Source: a virus
Lineage: Duplodnaviria > Caudoviricetes
DNA length: 64,000 nucleotides
Direction: 5' to 3' (one strand)
IMG/VR virus record: IMGVR_UViG_3300024980_000003
Coordinates: 15 to 64,014 of that record
A program made the position numbers and the translations under genes. Position 1 is the first letter of the stretch. Every line of letters starts with the position of its first letter. Shown here piece after piece: positions 6,976 to 15,400 of the stretch. The notes beneath the pieces are model-generated. The model was not told the DNA's origin. It made no database searches and saw only the letters and a program-made list of their open reading frames with translations.

Positions 6976-7134
6976 TTAATCAGCGTCCGCTTTCTGCTCT
7001 TGATCTTCTTTAACCTTCACTTTCATGGAGTCTTTAATGTATTCGGATAATGTAATTTTTTTAGAGTCGGCAATTTCTTTCATGGATTCCTTTAGCCATG
7101 CCGGGACAACTAAATATAATCTTTCTGATTTCAT
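6976..7134 (-). CDS. Ribbon-helix-helix (CopG-like) DNA-binding protein
   Basis: MKSERLYLVVPAWLKESMKEIADSKKITLSEYIK fits the RHH pattern. Confidence 0.75.
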   Translation of the reverse strand: MKSERLYLVVPAWLKESMKEIADSKKITLSEYIKDSMKVKVKEDQEQKADAD

Positions 7135-7183
7135 GCGTATAACCTTGCGTATGATTAATATTGATGTATAATTATACGCATGA
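7131..7183. promoter_or_regulatory. Divergent promoter/operator between RHH gene and tnpB
   Basis: 12-bp inverted repeat TCATGCGTATAA/TTATACGCATGA covers both start codons; TTGCGT-16-TATAAT ends 7 nt before the tnpB ATG. Confidence 0.7.
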
Positions 7184-8313
7184 TGATACAAAAATCCTAT
7201 AAATTCAAGTTCTACCCAAATGCTGCGCAAGCCGAACAGCTGCAAAAAGAATTCGGCTGTGCGCGGTGGACATGGAATCGTGGATTGATTGAACGGGATT
7301 ATGCGTATTCTCAATGGGGCGTTAGCCTGGGTTCTTTGCATGACATTGGAAAGAATATAAATCAGTACAAGAAGAATGATTATCCTTGGCTAAGTGATGC
7401 AACATCGAGCGTTATTCAGCAAAAGCTAATCGACCAAGATAAAGCGTTTAATAATTTCTTTAAAGGTCGGGCAGGTTTTCCAAAGTTCAAAAAGAAAAGC
7501 CATGCTCAAAGCATCCGCTATACGCTTGACCAGCGACAGGTTTTAAACAATTACCGGTCTGGTGAATTGTTAAAGCTGCCAAAATTGGGCGAATTAAAGA
7601 TTAAATGGTCACAAGTCCCAGGCGGCATACCCAAGATGGTCACGGTATCGAAGTCGGCAAGCGGATGTTATTTCGTCAGCTTCATGTGTGAGGTCGAGCA
7701 AGACTTAAAACCGATGACCGGCAAGGTGATCGGTATTGATGTTGGTATCAAGGATGTGGTCGTAACCAGTGACGGCTTTTATTCAGGCGCGCCCAGGTTT
7801 ACCTATAAGTACGCACGGCAATTGAAGAAAGCGCAACGGGTTTTAAGCCGTAAGAAAAAAGGCAGTAATGGATTTAAGAAGCAACGGATTGTGGTAGCAA
7901 AGATTCACGAAAAGATTGCAAACAGTAGAAAAGATTTTTTGCACAAAGTGACAACCAAGCTTGTGTCTGAAAATGATATTTTGTTTTTGGAAGATTTAAA
8001 CGTTTCCGGGATGCTCAAGAATCGTAAGCTATCAAAAGCGGTTGCGGATGTGGGCATTTTTGAACTCAATAGGCAAATCGAGTACAAATCTCAGTGGTAC
8101 GGCAAGCAGGTTGTTAAAATCAGCCGTTGGGAGCCTACGACGAAGAAGTGTAGTTCATGCGGGAATATTCGCATTATGAAATTATCGCAACGTACTTATG
8201 AGTGCGAATGTGGTTTAGTAATGTGCCGCGATCTTAACGCAGCGCATAATATTAAGGCGGCGGGGAACGTCGTTATGAGTGGAGCCGTACACCAAATTGA
8301 TAAAGCCGCATGA
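7180..8313 (+). CDS. tnpB: TnpB RNA-guided endonuclease (IS200/IS605 OrfB), no tnpA
   Basis: YKFKFYPN, FGCARWTWN, GIDVG, LEDL, CSSC/CECG, RDLNAA: intact RuvC D-E-D. Confidence 0.95.
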   Translation: MMIQKSYKFKFYPNAAQAEQLQKEFGCARWTWNRGLIERDYAYSQWGVSLGSLHDIGKNINQYKKNDYPWLSDATSSVIQQKLIDQDKAFNNFFKGRAGFPKFKKKSHAQSIRYTLDQRQVLNNYRSGELLKLPKLGELKIKWSQVPGGIPKMVTVSKSASGCYFVSFMCEVEQDLKPMTGKVIGIDVGIKDVVVTSDGFYSGAPRFTYKYARQLKKAQRVLSRKKKGSNGFKKQRIVVAKIHEKIANSRKDFLHKVTTKLVSENDILFLEDLNVSGMLKNRKLSKAVADVGIFELNRQIEYKSQWYGKQVVKISRWEPTTKKCSSCGNIRIMKLSQRTYECECGLVMCRDLNAAHNIKAAGNVVMSGAVHQIDKAA

Positions 8314-8486
8314 GAATGATGCTTGTATCAAACGGCCGTGAAACTCGACCTGCTCTAACTGATAGCTTTCGCCTGGAGCGAGGCGGTCAGCTTGTAAGCG
8401 GATTCCAAAGGTTTTGAAGCCTATTTATTTAACGGGTGGTTTTGTGTAATCTATTATGCTCCCAAAAAATACCCAGAAGAACAATC

Positions 8487-9392
8487 ATGGATAAAAATAC
8501 GCTTGCCACAATCACTGGCGACATACAACCTACAGCCTGGTCTGCGTCTGCATTAAAGAAAATGCCGCTTGATGAACTGATTAAAAAATATGTGTTGGTT
8601 GAGCATACGCAATGGTACATGAAATGTATGTTGCTTTACGCTATGAGATTTATATTAAAGTCGAATCAAGAATACGGTAAGGTCTGCCAGCAATTACGCG
8701 AGGACGGCATTTGCCATGAGGATCAAGGGACGATGAACCGTTACGTAAACTCAGGGATTTATCTTGAGAAGATGAAAATATCCGACCTTACTAAAGTCGG
8801 GTTCAAAAAACAGTTTGTCTATGACTTAGCGGCTCCAATCAATGCAGATATTTCAGAGTCCGTCACTCATGAACTTCGGCAGATACCAATCGAAGATAGG
8901 CGCAAGCTAACAATCGAAGCAGTTCGAGAAATGATAAGAAAGGCTAAACAGAAACTCAATCCAGCACTTGAGTACGACAGCGTGGTGGCAACTATTGAAA
9001 AAATGCGTGATGACGATCCGGCGCATTATCATGAAGGTGCTATTGATCTTATTAAGCAGTATGCCGAAGAAAGCAAGCAAAATATTTCTCAGATTGAATC
9101 TGAATTGATTGATCGCGGCATAGTCGTGCCAGAACCAGCCCAAGCCCAGCAAGCGGTCTCACGCCTGATGCAGTCCATACTTGATGAAGAACCGGACACC
9201 GTCAAGCCCATGACGCGGCGCAGAGAGCTTATATTAGAATTGTCTAATATGGATAATGGCGCCGTATCGGATGATGATATTCTGGAAGATTACGCACTAC
9301 TGGACAAGAGCTATCGGCGCACGTTGTTGAAGCTGGCAGAGCTGCATAATAATAGAAAAAACATCATTCAAGATGCTATCTATAAGAAATGA
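8487..9392 (+). CDS. Hypothetical protein (~300 aa)
   Basis: Long open frame; no recognised motif. Confidence 0.75.
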   Translation: MDKNTLATITGDIQPTAWSASALKKMPLDELIKKYVLVEHTQWYMKCMLLYAMRFILKSNQEYGKVCQQLREDGICHEDQGTMNRYVNSGIYLEKMKISDLTKVGFKKQFVYDLAAPINADISESVTHELRQIPIEDRRKLTIEAVREMIRKAKQKLNPALEYDSVVATIEKMRDDDPAHYHEGAIDLIKQYAEESKQNISQIESELIDRGIVVPEPAQAQQAVSRLMQSILDEEPDTVKPMTRRRELILELSNMDNGAVSDDDILEDYALLDKSYRRTLLKLAELHNNRKNIIQDAIYKK

Positions 9393-9394
9393 TG

Positions 9395-9403
9395 TGTTAT
9401 AAT
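9395..9403 (+). promoter_or_regulatory. Extended -10 promoter for the ncRNA cluster
   Basis: TGtTATAAT lies 6 nt before the first structured element. Confidence 0.6.
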
Positions 9404-9409
9404 TACCAC

Positions 9410-9573
9410 CTGTGCAGCGGCGTGGAAGTTACTGGGAATGCTCGGTGACAACGTAGACACGCAGGTTGGGCTGGGGAAACCGTAAGTGAAAGGCTTACGC
9501 GATTGCCGATGGTAAGACGATACACGCCAGCCGACAAATCGGATAGTCGAGAGTAACGTATCGACCTGCACAG
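9410..9573 (+). ncRNA. tRNA-shaped structured RNA A
   Basis: Closing stem CTGTGCAG/CTGCACAG, GCGTG/CACGC arm, terminal GTCGA-GAGTAACGTA-TCGAC arm. Confidence 0.6.
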
Positions 9574-9701
9574 TTTCATTCTTATGAGTGCCAACAAAAG
9601 ATACTTTCAATACTCAAACTTCGCTATCAACATTGAGTGGTAGGGAATCACAAAGCTCCTAACTTAGTGGGAGTCTTGGGTAATAGACTAAGTGGTATCT
9701 T

Positions 9702-9832
9702 TTGTTGGTGAAATGCGTAGTTGCGATACGCTAGATTTTAAGTTGACTTTGAGACAACGCTAAGAGACTCACTGTCGTAAAGATTCTTGATATTGAACAA
9801 AAAAAGCAGGGATCGCATCCTGTCACCAACAA
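9702..9832 (+). ncRNA. tRNA-shaped structured RNA B
   Basis: TTGTTGGTG/CACCAACAA stem; GCGTA-GTTGCGA-TACGC arm; GCAGGGATCGCATCCTGT arm. Confidence 0.7.
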
Positions 9833-9911
9833 CCCACACGCATGGCGATTGAGTACCGATAACAAGCCCTATCATGGAAATGTTATGAAACGTCATACAG
9901 TCGCCAGCCGT

Positions 9912-10013
9912 GTTGGTGTAATGCGTAGGCGAGACGCAATGAGTGTAGTCGTGATGCATGTAAATGCTCCAGCTTTAATAGCGACAATGCCGGGATCGCA
10001 TCCGGCCACCAAC
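9912..10013 (+). ncRNA. tRNA-shaped structured RNA C (paralogue of B)
   Basis: GTTGGTG/CACCAAC stem; TGCGT-AGGCGAG-ACGCA arm; GCCGG-GATCGCAT-CCGGC arm. Confidence 0.7.
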
Positions 10014-10026
10014 TTCAAATCAATCT

Positions 10027-10063
10027 AAGCCTAAGCGCCTATCTCGGTGCTTGGGCTTTGTTG
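10027..10063 (+). terminator. Intrinsic terminator ending the ncRNA cluster
   Basis: AAGCCTAAGCGCC-TATCTC-GGTGCTTGGGCTT-TGTTG. Confidence 0.7.
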
Positions 10064-10095
10064 TCCGCGAATCATTGATAGCAGTGGGTAAGGAA

Positions 10096-10290
10096 ATGGA
10101 AGAAATGAAAGACAAGTTAATTGCATCTGGAGTTAAAAGCATAAATAGATATGGTTATCCCGGATGCAACAAAGACAACATACTTACCGATCAGATTTAC
10201 AAAGCTTTCTTTGCTTCGATGCTAAAGGATAATAAAGGCTTTGGCGCTGATAAGGCGATAGATGAATTGCTGTCCGCATTAGAATCGTAA
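10096..10290 (+). CDS. Hypothetical protein
   Basis: AAGGA RBS; flanked by the direct repeat TTGGGCTTTGTTG. Confidence 0.7.
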   Translation: MEEMKDKLIASGVKSINRYGYPGCNKDNILTDQIYKAFFASMLKDNKGFGADKAIDELLSALES

Positions 10291-10338
10291 GCTCAATTGG
10301 GCTTTGTTGCGTCTAAATAACAACCTCATAGGAATCTC

Positions 10339-10575
10339 ATGGCATCGAACCTTATAAATACAGAAGCACTCGAAAAACATTTGATGGCATCTTTAAACCA
10401 AGCCATGACCGAAGCGGCAGAGCCAATCATTCAGCAAGCGGTAAAAGATGCTGAGGCCGCGATAAGGAAACGTCTTGGCGTTATGTTTGTCGGTATGCTT
10501 AATCATTCGTTTGATATACAGCGTGATGGACAGGACTTACGCATTTTAATTCGCCATGATGACAGGCGACAATAA
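10339..10575 (+). CDS. Hypothetical protein
   Basis: AGGA RBS, 78 aa. Confidence 0.7.
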   Translation: MASNLINTEALEKHLMASLNQAMTEAAEPIIQQAVKDAEAAIRKRLGVMFVGMLNHSFDIQRDGQDLRILIRHDDRRQ

Positions 10576-10644
10576 CCTATTGACTTATACCGCCCGTTAG
10601 TTCACCCTAGATACTCATTTAAAATAACAACAAGAAGGTGAATC

Positions 10645-10881
10645 ATGAAATTACTAATCGCAGCGGTATTATTTTGCACATCATCCCTAGCACTGGCTTG
10701 GACAGATGCGGAATTCGCCCAGGAGCTACAACAAATGCAGCAACGCGCACAGCAGAACGAGGCGAGAATCCAGCAATGGAACGCAGAAGATCGGCTGAAT
10801 CAGCAGCAGCAACAGATTCAGCAGTTACAACAACAGCAAGTGCAGCCGCAACGGTATCGGAAAGAAAATCCGTTGCGGTAA
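10645..10881 (+). CDS. Secreted Gln-rich coiled-coil protein
   Basis: Sec signal peptide MKLLIAAVLFCTSSLALA; AAGGTG RBS. Confidence 0.75.
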   Translation: MKLLIAAVLFCTSSLALAWTDAEFAQELQQMQQRAQQNEARIQQWNAEDRLNQQQQQIQQLQQQQVQPQRYRKENPLR

Positions 10882-10920
10882 TCAGAATAAGGTGCTATTT
10901 AAATAATTCACCATAGAGCC

Positions 10921-12180
10921 ATGACAAAAACGATACGAAAAGCCTTTAAATTTAGGTTAAAAATTACACCTGAAACCGATGAAAAATTAAATAATTTCGT
11001 TGGTGGATGTCGCTTTGTCTGGAACAAGTCGTTGGCTCTGAATCTGGATAGATTAAACAACAAAGAGCCTATTTTGTGGTATCAGGAGCTTAATTTTTGG
11101 GCAACAATTTGGAAGCAGTCTAATGAATACGGTTTTCTAAGCACTGTTCCTTCTCAGGCACTACAGCAAAAACTAAAAGACCTGGATAAAGCGTTCAGTG
11201 ATTGCTTTGATAAGAATCAGCCATTAAAGCGTTGCCCTGTATTCAAGAAAAAAGGACTATCCGATAGCATACGATTCCCTCAAGGCTTTAAGATCGATCA
11301 AGAAAATAGTCAGATTTTCCTGCCCAAAATAGGCTTTGTGAAATATCGCAATAGCCGCAAGGTAATTGTAGAGCCTAAGAATATCACTGTAAGCCGCAAA
11401 GGTAAGCACTGGTACGCTTCTATTCAGGTTGAGTACGACAAAATAGATATGCCTCATAAATCAACGTCAATCGTTGGTATTGATATGGGCGTTAAGCAGT
11501 TCTCTACTCTATCTGACGGCACTATATACCAGCCATTAAATAGTTTTAAAGGTAAAGCTGAAAAGTTAGCCAAGCTTCAACGAAAGCTAAAAAACAAAAA
11601 GAAATTCTCAAGTAATTGGAAAAAAGTAAAAACAAAAATAACAAAGTGCCATGAAGAAATAGCCAACGCTCGAAAAGATTACCTTCACAAAGTATCAACT
11701 GAAATCTGCGAAAACCAAGCCGTGATAGTCGTTGAAGATTTGAAGGTAAAGAATATGAGCAAGTCGGCAAAAGGCAACCATGAAAAGCATGGAAAAAACG
11801 TTGCTCAAAAATCAGGATTGAACAAGTCAATTCTCGATCAAGGGTGGGGCATGTTTTTTCAAATGCTGGACTATAAGCAAGCCTGGAATGGTGGCATGGT
11901 TCTCAAAGTGCCTGCGCACCATACAAGTCAAACTTGCCCATGTTGCCAGCATGTAGCCAAAGAAAACAGACTCACACAAGCTGACTTTGTTTGTGTCGAT
12001 TGCGGCTACAGCAATAACGCCGATATAGTTGGAGCATTGAATGTATTAAGCCGGGGACACCGGCAGTTAGCCTGCCTAGCGAGTGGTGAAGTAATACCAC
12101 CGGCAACAGGAACCAGTGGTAAGCGGCGACGCAAGATCACTTCTGAGAAATCAGGAATCACCATTCCTTTAGGGCGGTGA
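10921..12180 (+). CDS. tnpB: TnpB of an IS605/IS1341-type element, no tnpA
   Basis: AFKFRL, GIDMG, VVEDL, KSGLNKSILDQGWG, TSQTCPCC, CVDC, NADIVGA: intact RuvC. Confidence 0.95.
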   Translation: MTKTIRKAFKFRLKITPETDEKLNNFVGGCRFVWNKSLALNLDRLNNKEPILWYQELNFWATIWKQSNEYGFLSTVPSQALQQKLKDLDKAFSDCFDKNQPLKRCPVFKKKGLSDSIRFPQGFKIDQENSQIFLPKIGFVKYRNSRKVIVEPKNITVSRKGKHWYASIQVEYDKIDMPHKSTSIVGIDMGVKQFSTLSDGTIYQPLNSFKGKAEKLAKLQRKLKNKKKFSSNWKKVKTKITKCHEEIANARKDYLHKVSTEICENQAVIVVEDLKVKNMSKSAKGNHEKHGKNVAQKSGLNKSILDQGWGMFFQMLDYKQAWNGGMVLKVPAHHTSQTCPCCQHVAKENRLTQADFVCVDCGYSNNADIVGALNVLSRGHRQLACLASGEVIPPATGTSGKRRRKITSEKSGITIPLGR

Positions 12181-12189
12181 GGATGTCAA
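12154..12189 (+). mobile_element. IS200/IS605 right end (omegaRNA 3' scaffold) ending in TCAA
   Basis: GGAATCACCATTCCTTTAGGGCGGTGAGGATGTCAA: subterminal hairpin plus TCAA; predicted guide starts at 12190. Confidence 0.8.
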
Positions 12190-12230
12190 TATCAATCACC
12201 CTGCAAAACCCATAGAGACAAGGAACACGA

Positions 12231-12401
12231 ATGACCAATAAAACAGATGGCAACTATTTCCTTACCATGCTAATGGTTTGCGTAGCTCCACCTGTTCTGT
12301 TCCTGCAATGGCTATTCCTTGGTGATAAGTTCGGTCATGGAAAAGCCATTGTCTTTGTGGTGACTATGTTCCTGTTCGGGTCGGCCTTCTTCTTTAATTA
12401 A
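12231..12401 (+). CDS. Small two-TM membrane protein (56 aa, not in the ORF track)
   Basis: AAGGA RBS; two hydrophobic helices; convergent with the giant gene. Confidence 0.65.
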   Translation: MTNKTDGNYFLTMLMVCVAPPVLFLQWLFLGDKFGHGKAIVFVVTMFLFGSAFFFN

Positions 12402-15400
12402 TTGAAGTAAGGGTGCGACCTTTCCACCGCCATGCGTGACACTTCGTTAGATCGTTGCATCAGTGCGTTAATCCTATCGCGCTTATCAGTAGCACTTAGA
12501 TTGCTGCGGTAAATTACATCCACCTGCGCCCTGAGTCTGCTCAACTGCTTGCCGGAAGCTTCCAGTTGACGGCGCTTGCTCAACTTGTCGGCATTATCGG
12601 TCATTAGCTCGTTGGCCTTGTCGATATTGCCTTCTTTCTTGTACGCGTTAATCGTCTTATGGATTTGATTGACTTCGTTCAGCATATCGTAAAACTCAGT
12701 ACCGTATTTGGTGTGCAGCGTGGGACGCTCCTGATAGAACGCTTTCACGACCGGCAAACTGTCAATCCTCATCGCTGGCTGATCCGGCATCCCCGATAAC
12801 TGCCTAACCATCATATCCGATGCGCCCAAGGCGTACATGCCTAATGCGCCAAGATAGCCATGCAGTAAATGCTCCAGACGTTTGGGCGATGCACCTAATG
12901 CTTCCGGCAAGGACGCGCTTAACGCTCGCATGGTTTCGCTAGTGTATTCGTTATAACGTGCGCTCGGCAATTTGCCTTCGTCGGCCATGCCTTCAATCGC
13001 CCTGCCGGTAAACATATCCTTGTTGGAGTACAGTTCGATGAACGGTTTGAATAGCTGCGGTACTGGATTGAAAGCCAAGGTATCGCTTGCGCCATGCCCC
13101 ATGCGTTCGGCGTAAGTTTTCAAACTGTCTTTGCCGATCAACGCTCTCGCTGAACGCTCAGGAACAGTGCCAAAGATCAAGCCTAACTCGAACGGTTTAG
13201 GTATCCTAAAGTGTTGATTTCCAAAGAAGAAATGCCAGTAGGTGTCTTGATCCCACGGTTCCAAAGCTTCGTAATCATCGTTATCCGAATTGAGTGCCAG
13301 CAATGCCAAAGAGAACATGGCAATCGATAAGCCTTTCGCCAGAATCATTTTCCGCGCTTCCTTGGTCTGACCTGCTTTCGCCAATCGATACAGGCCAACC
13401 AATCGGGCATTGAAGAACGGCAGCATGTCACTCATGGCCCGGATCAGCGTAAACGATCCCTGCATCGAAAAGTCCATCAGGTCTTTGGCTTCAAACAGGT
13501 ATTTGGCTTTTTCTGCCCCCGCGCGTTTAGCGTTTTCAAGAATCGCTTCACGGCTGGCGTTTTCAATCGCATCGCCCACGGACCGGTACATTTCCCAATA
13601 CTTCTTCGGGGTGTCGAGAATGGAATCTTTAAAGCCTTGAACGTCCTTAATGCCGCGCCTTCTCAGTGCCGCATCCATCGACTCCCTGGCCGCATCCGGG
13701 TTGCTGTAGTTGCCATAGCCGCCCTGGAATGACGCCCCGGCAAACATCATATCGACATAGCCACCTTCTTCGTTGAAAGACTTAATCGCCCCATGAATCG
13801 AGTCAACACCGAGCTTAAAGCCTTTTTCTTCGGCAATCGTCCAGGAGTGCATGGCGTCACGGATAAAGTTTCTGGCCATGAACGTCGGGTCGGCGGTCAC
13901 AGCACCGGTCAGCAAATGCTTCATGTAGCGCATTGGCTTGAAGATGCCGCCGAACGGGATTTGATTTACGGCCGTCAATGAAGTCAGCAGCATGGCATCG
14001 TTGACTTTGTAGTATTCCGACTTACCATCACGCATAACCCTAACCACATCGGGATCAGTCGGCGCTTGCATGGCCCACATCTTGGCAATACCACTCGTCA
14101 AATCAGACGGCATGGCCTCGACGATTTCTTTCGGCAAGCCCGATTCCAGCATCAGTTTTTTAACCTGCTCCTTGGGGATCAGTGCCGCCTTTAATTCAAC
14201 TCTCTGGATAGCCTCGACAAAGCGCGAGCCTTCCAGATTATTCAGCGTTTTGTTCAAGGCGTCGTTCTTCATCGACGCATCGATCAAATGCGCCCAATTC
14301 TGCATCATGTTGCCGAGTGGGTCGCTCATCGGGTTATCGCCGCCTTTCAGCATTTTGATACCGGAGGTTTGGTGGGTCAGTCCACCCTTACCGCTTGGGC
14401 CTGATTTCTTGCCTTCGATCAGCCGGTAAAACGGGATATAGTCGGCGCTCTCGAACAGCTTACGCGCTTCCGCATCCACCAGTCCGGCCTCTTGCGCCAA
14501 GTCCAGCACCGAGCTATTCATGGCGGCGATGTCATCAGCCACACCTTGATAGTCGTCTTGTTCCAATTTCAGCAAGGCATCGATTTCGTCACGACTGAAA
14601 TTGTTCTCTTTGCCTTCCTTAAACAATCGGTCTGCTCTGCGCCCGACCATCCAGGCAGTGAAGTTTTCCAAGTCATCCTTGACCGGCTGCAATAGCTCGG
14701 CAAACGACTTGCTGCCGTCTTTTTTCTGGATAATGCCGCCCTCCCATTTCGGCGCACCATGCAACAGCAACGCTTGCATCGTTGAGCTTGAGCCGGTTGA
14801 TAGTCTTGCACTGATATAGCCTGATACCGAATGCGCCACATCGCCGAGGATTTCTTTCTCTGCGCGCTTAATGCCGATGAACTTATCGAATATGCCCTGC
14901 TCCAGTTGCGGCTTCATTTCATCCCATTTCTGCCGGATGGCTTGAACATTAGCTTTCAGCCCGAGACTGATAATGTCGGTGATGGCTTGAGATAGCGTTT
15001 TCTTCGGGCCGAGTCCGGCCTTGCGTTTAGCTTCTTTGATAACATCGCTATCGACAGCCCTACTATACTTCACTCCGGTTTTATCGCCGCCCTTGGCTTC
15101 ATAGTCATAGGCATCACCATACCAGCGTTCGGTTTTGGGACGGTTTTTATTCTTGGCGTCTTTGCTCAGTCCTACTTTGTCGCCGCCGTAGTTCTCGTAA
15201 TCGTAAGCGTTGCCTTGCCATTTGTCGGCGTTTCTCGGTGCAGGAATATGATTCATTTCCTTGCCATTGAATAGCACAATCACATCACTGTCTTGAATGT
15301 CTGCGGTGGCGCTTGGTGGCGTGGATTTGCGTTGCTCGGCGGTTAGTTCTTGTCGGGCTTGTGTGTTTCTTGACTCAACCTCTCCAGCTAGTCTTTTGTA

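Noticed and set aside
9380-9959. Minus-strand ORFs 9380-9610, 9403-9597 and 9738-9959
   Set aside because: No protein-like features; the region is better explained by + strand structured RNAs with a promoter and terminator.
7180-12180. Cas12f/type V effectors or nuclease-dead TldR
   Set aside because: No array is adjacent, and both proteins keep the RuvC D-E-D residues.
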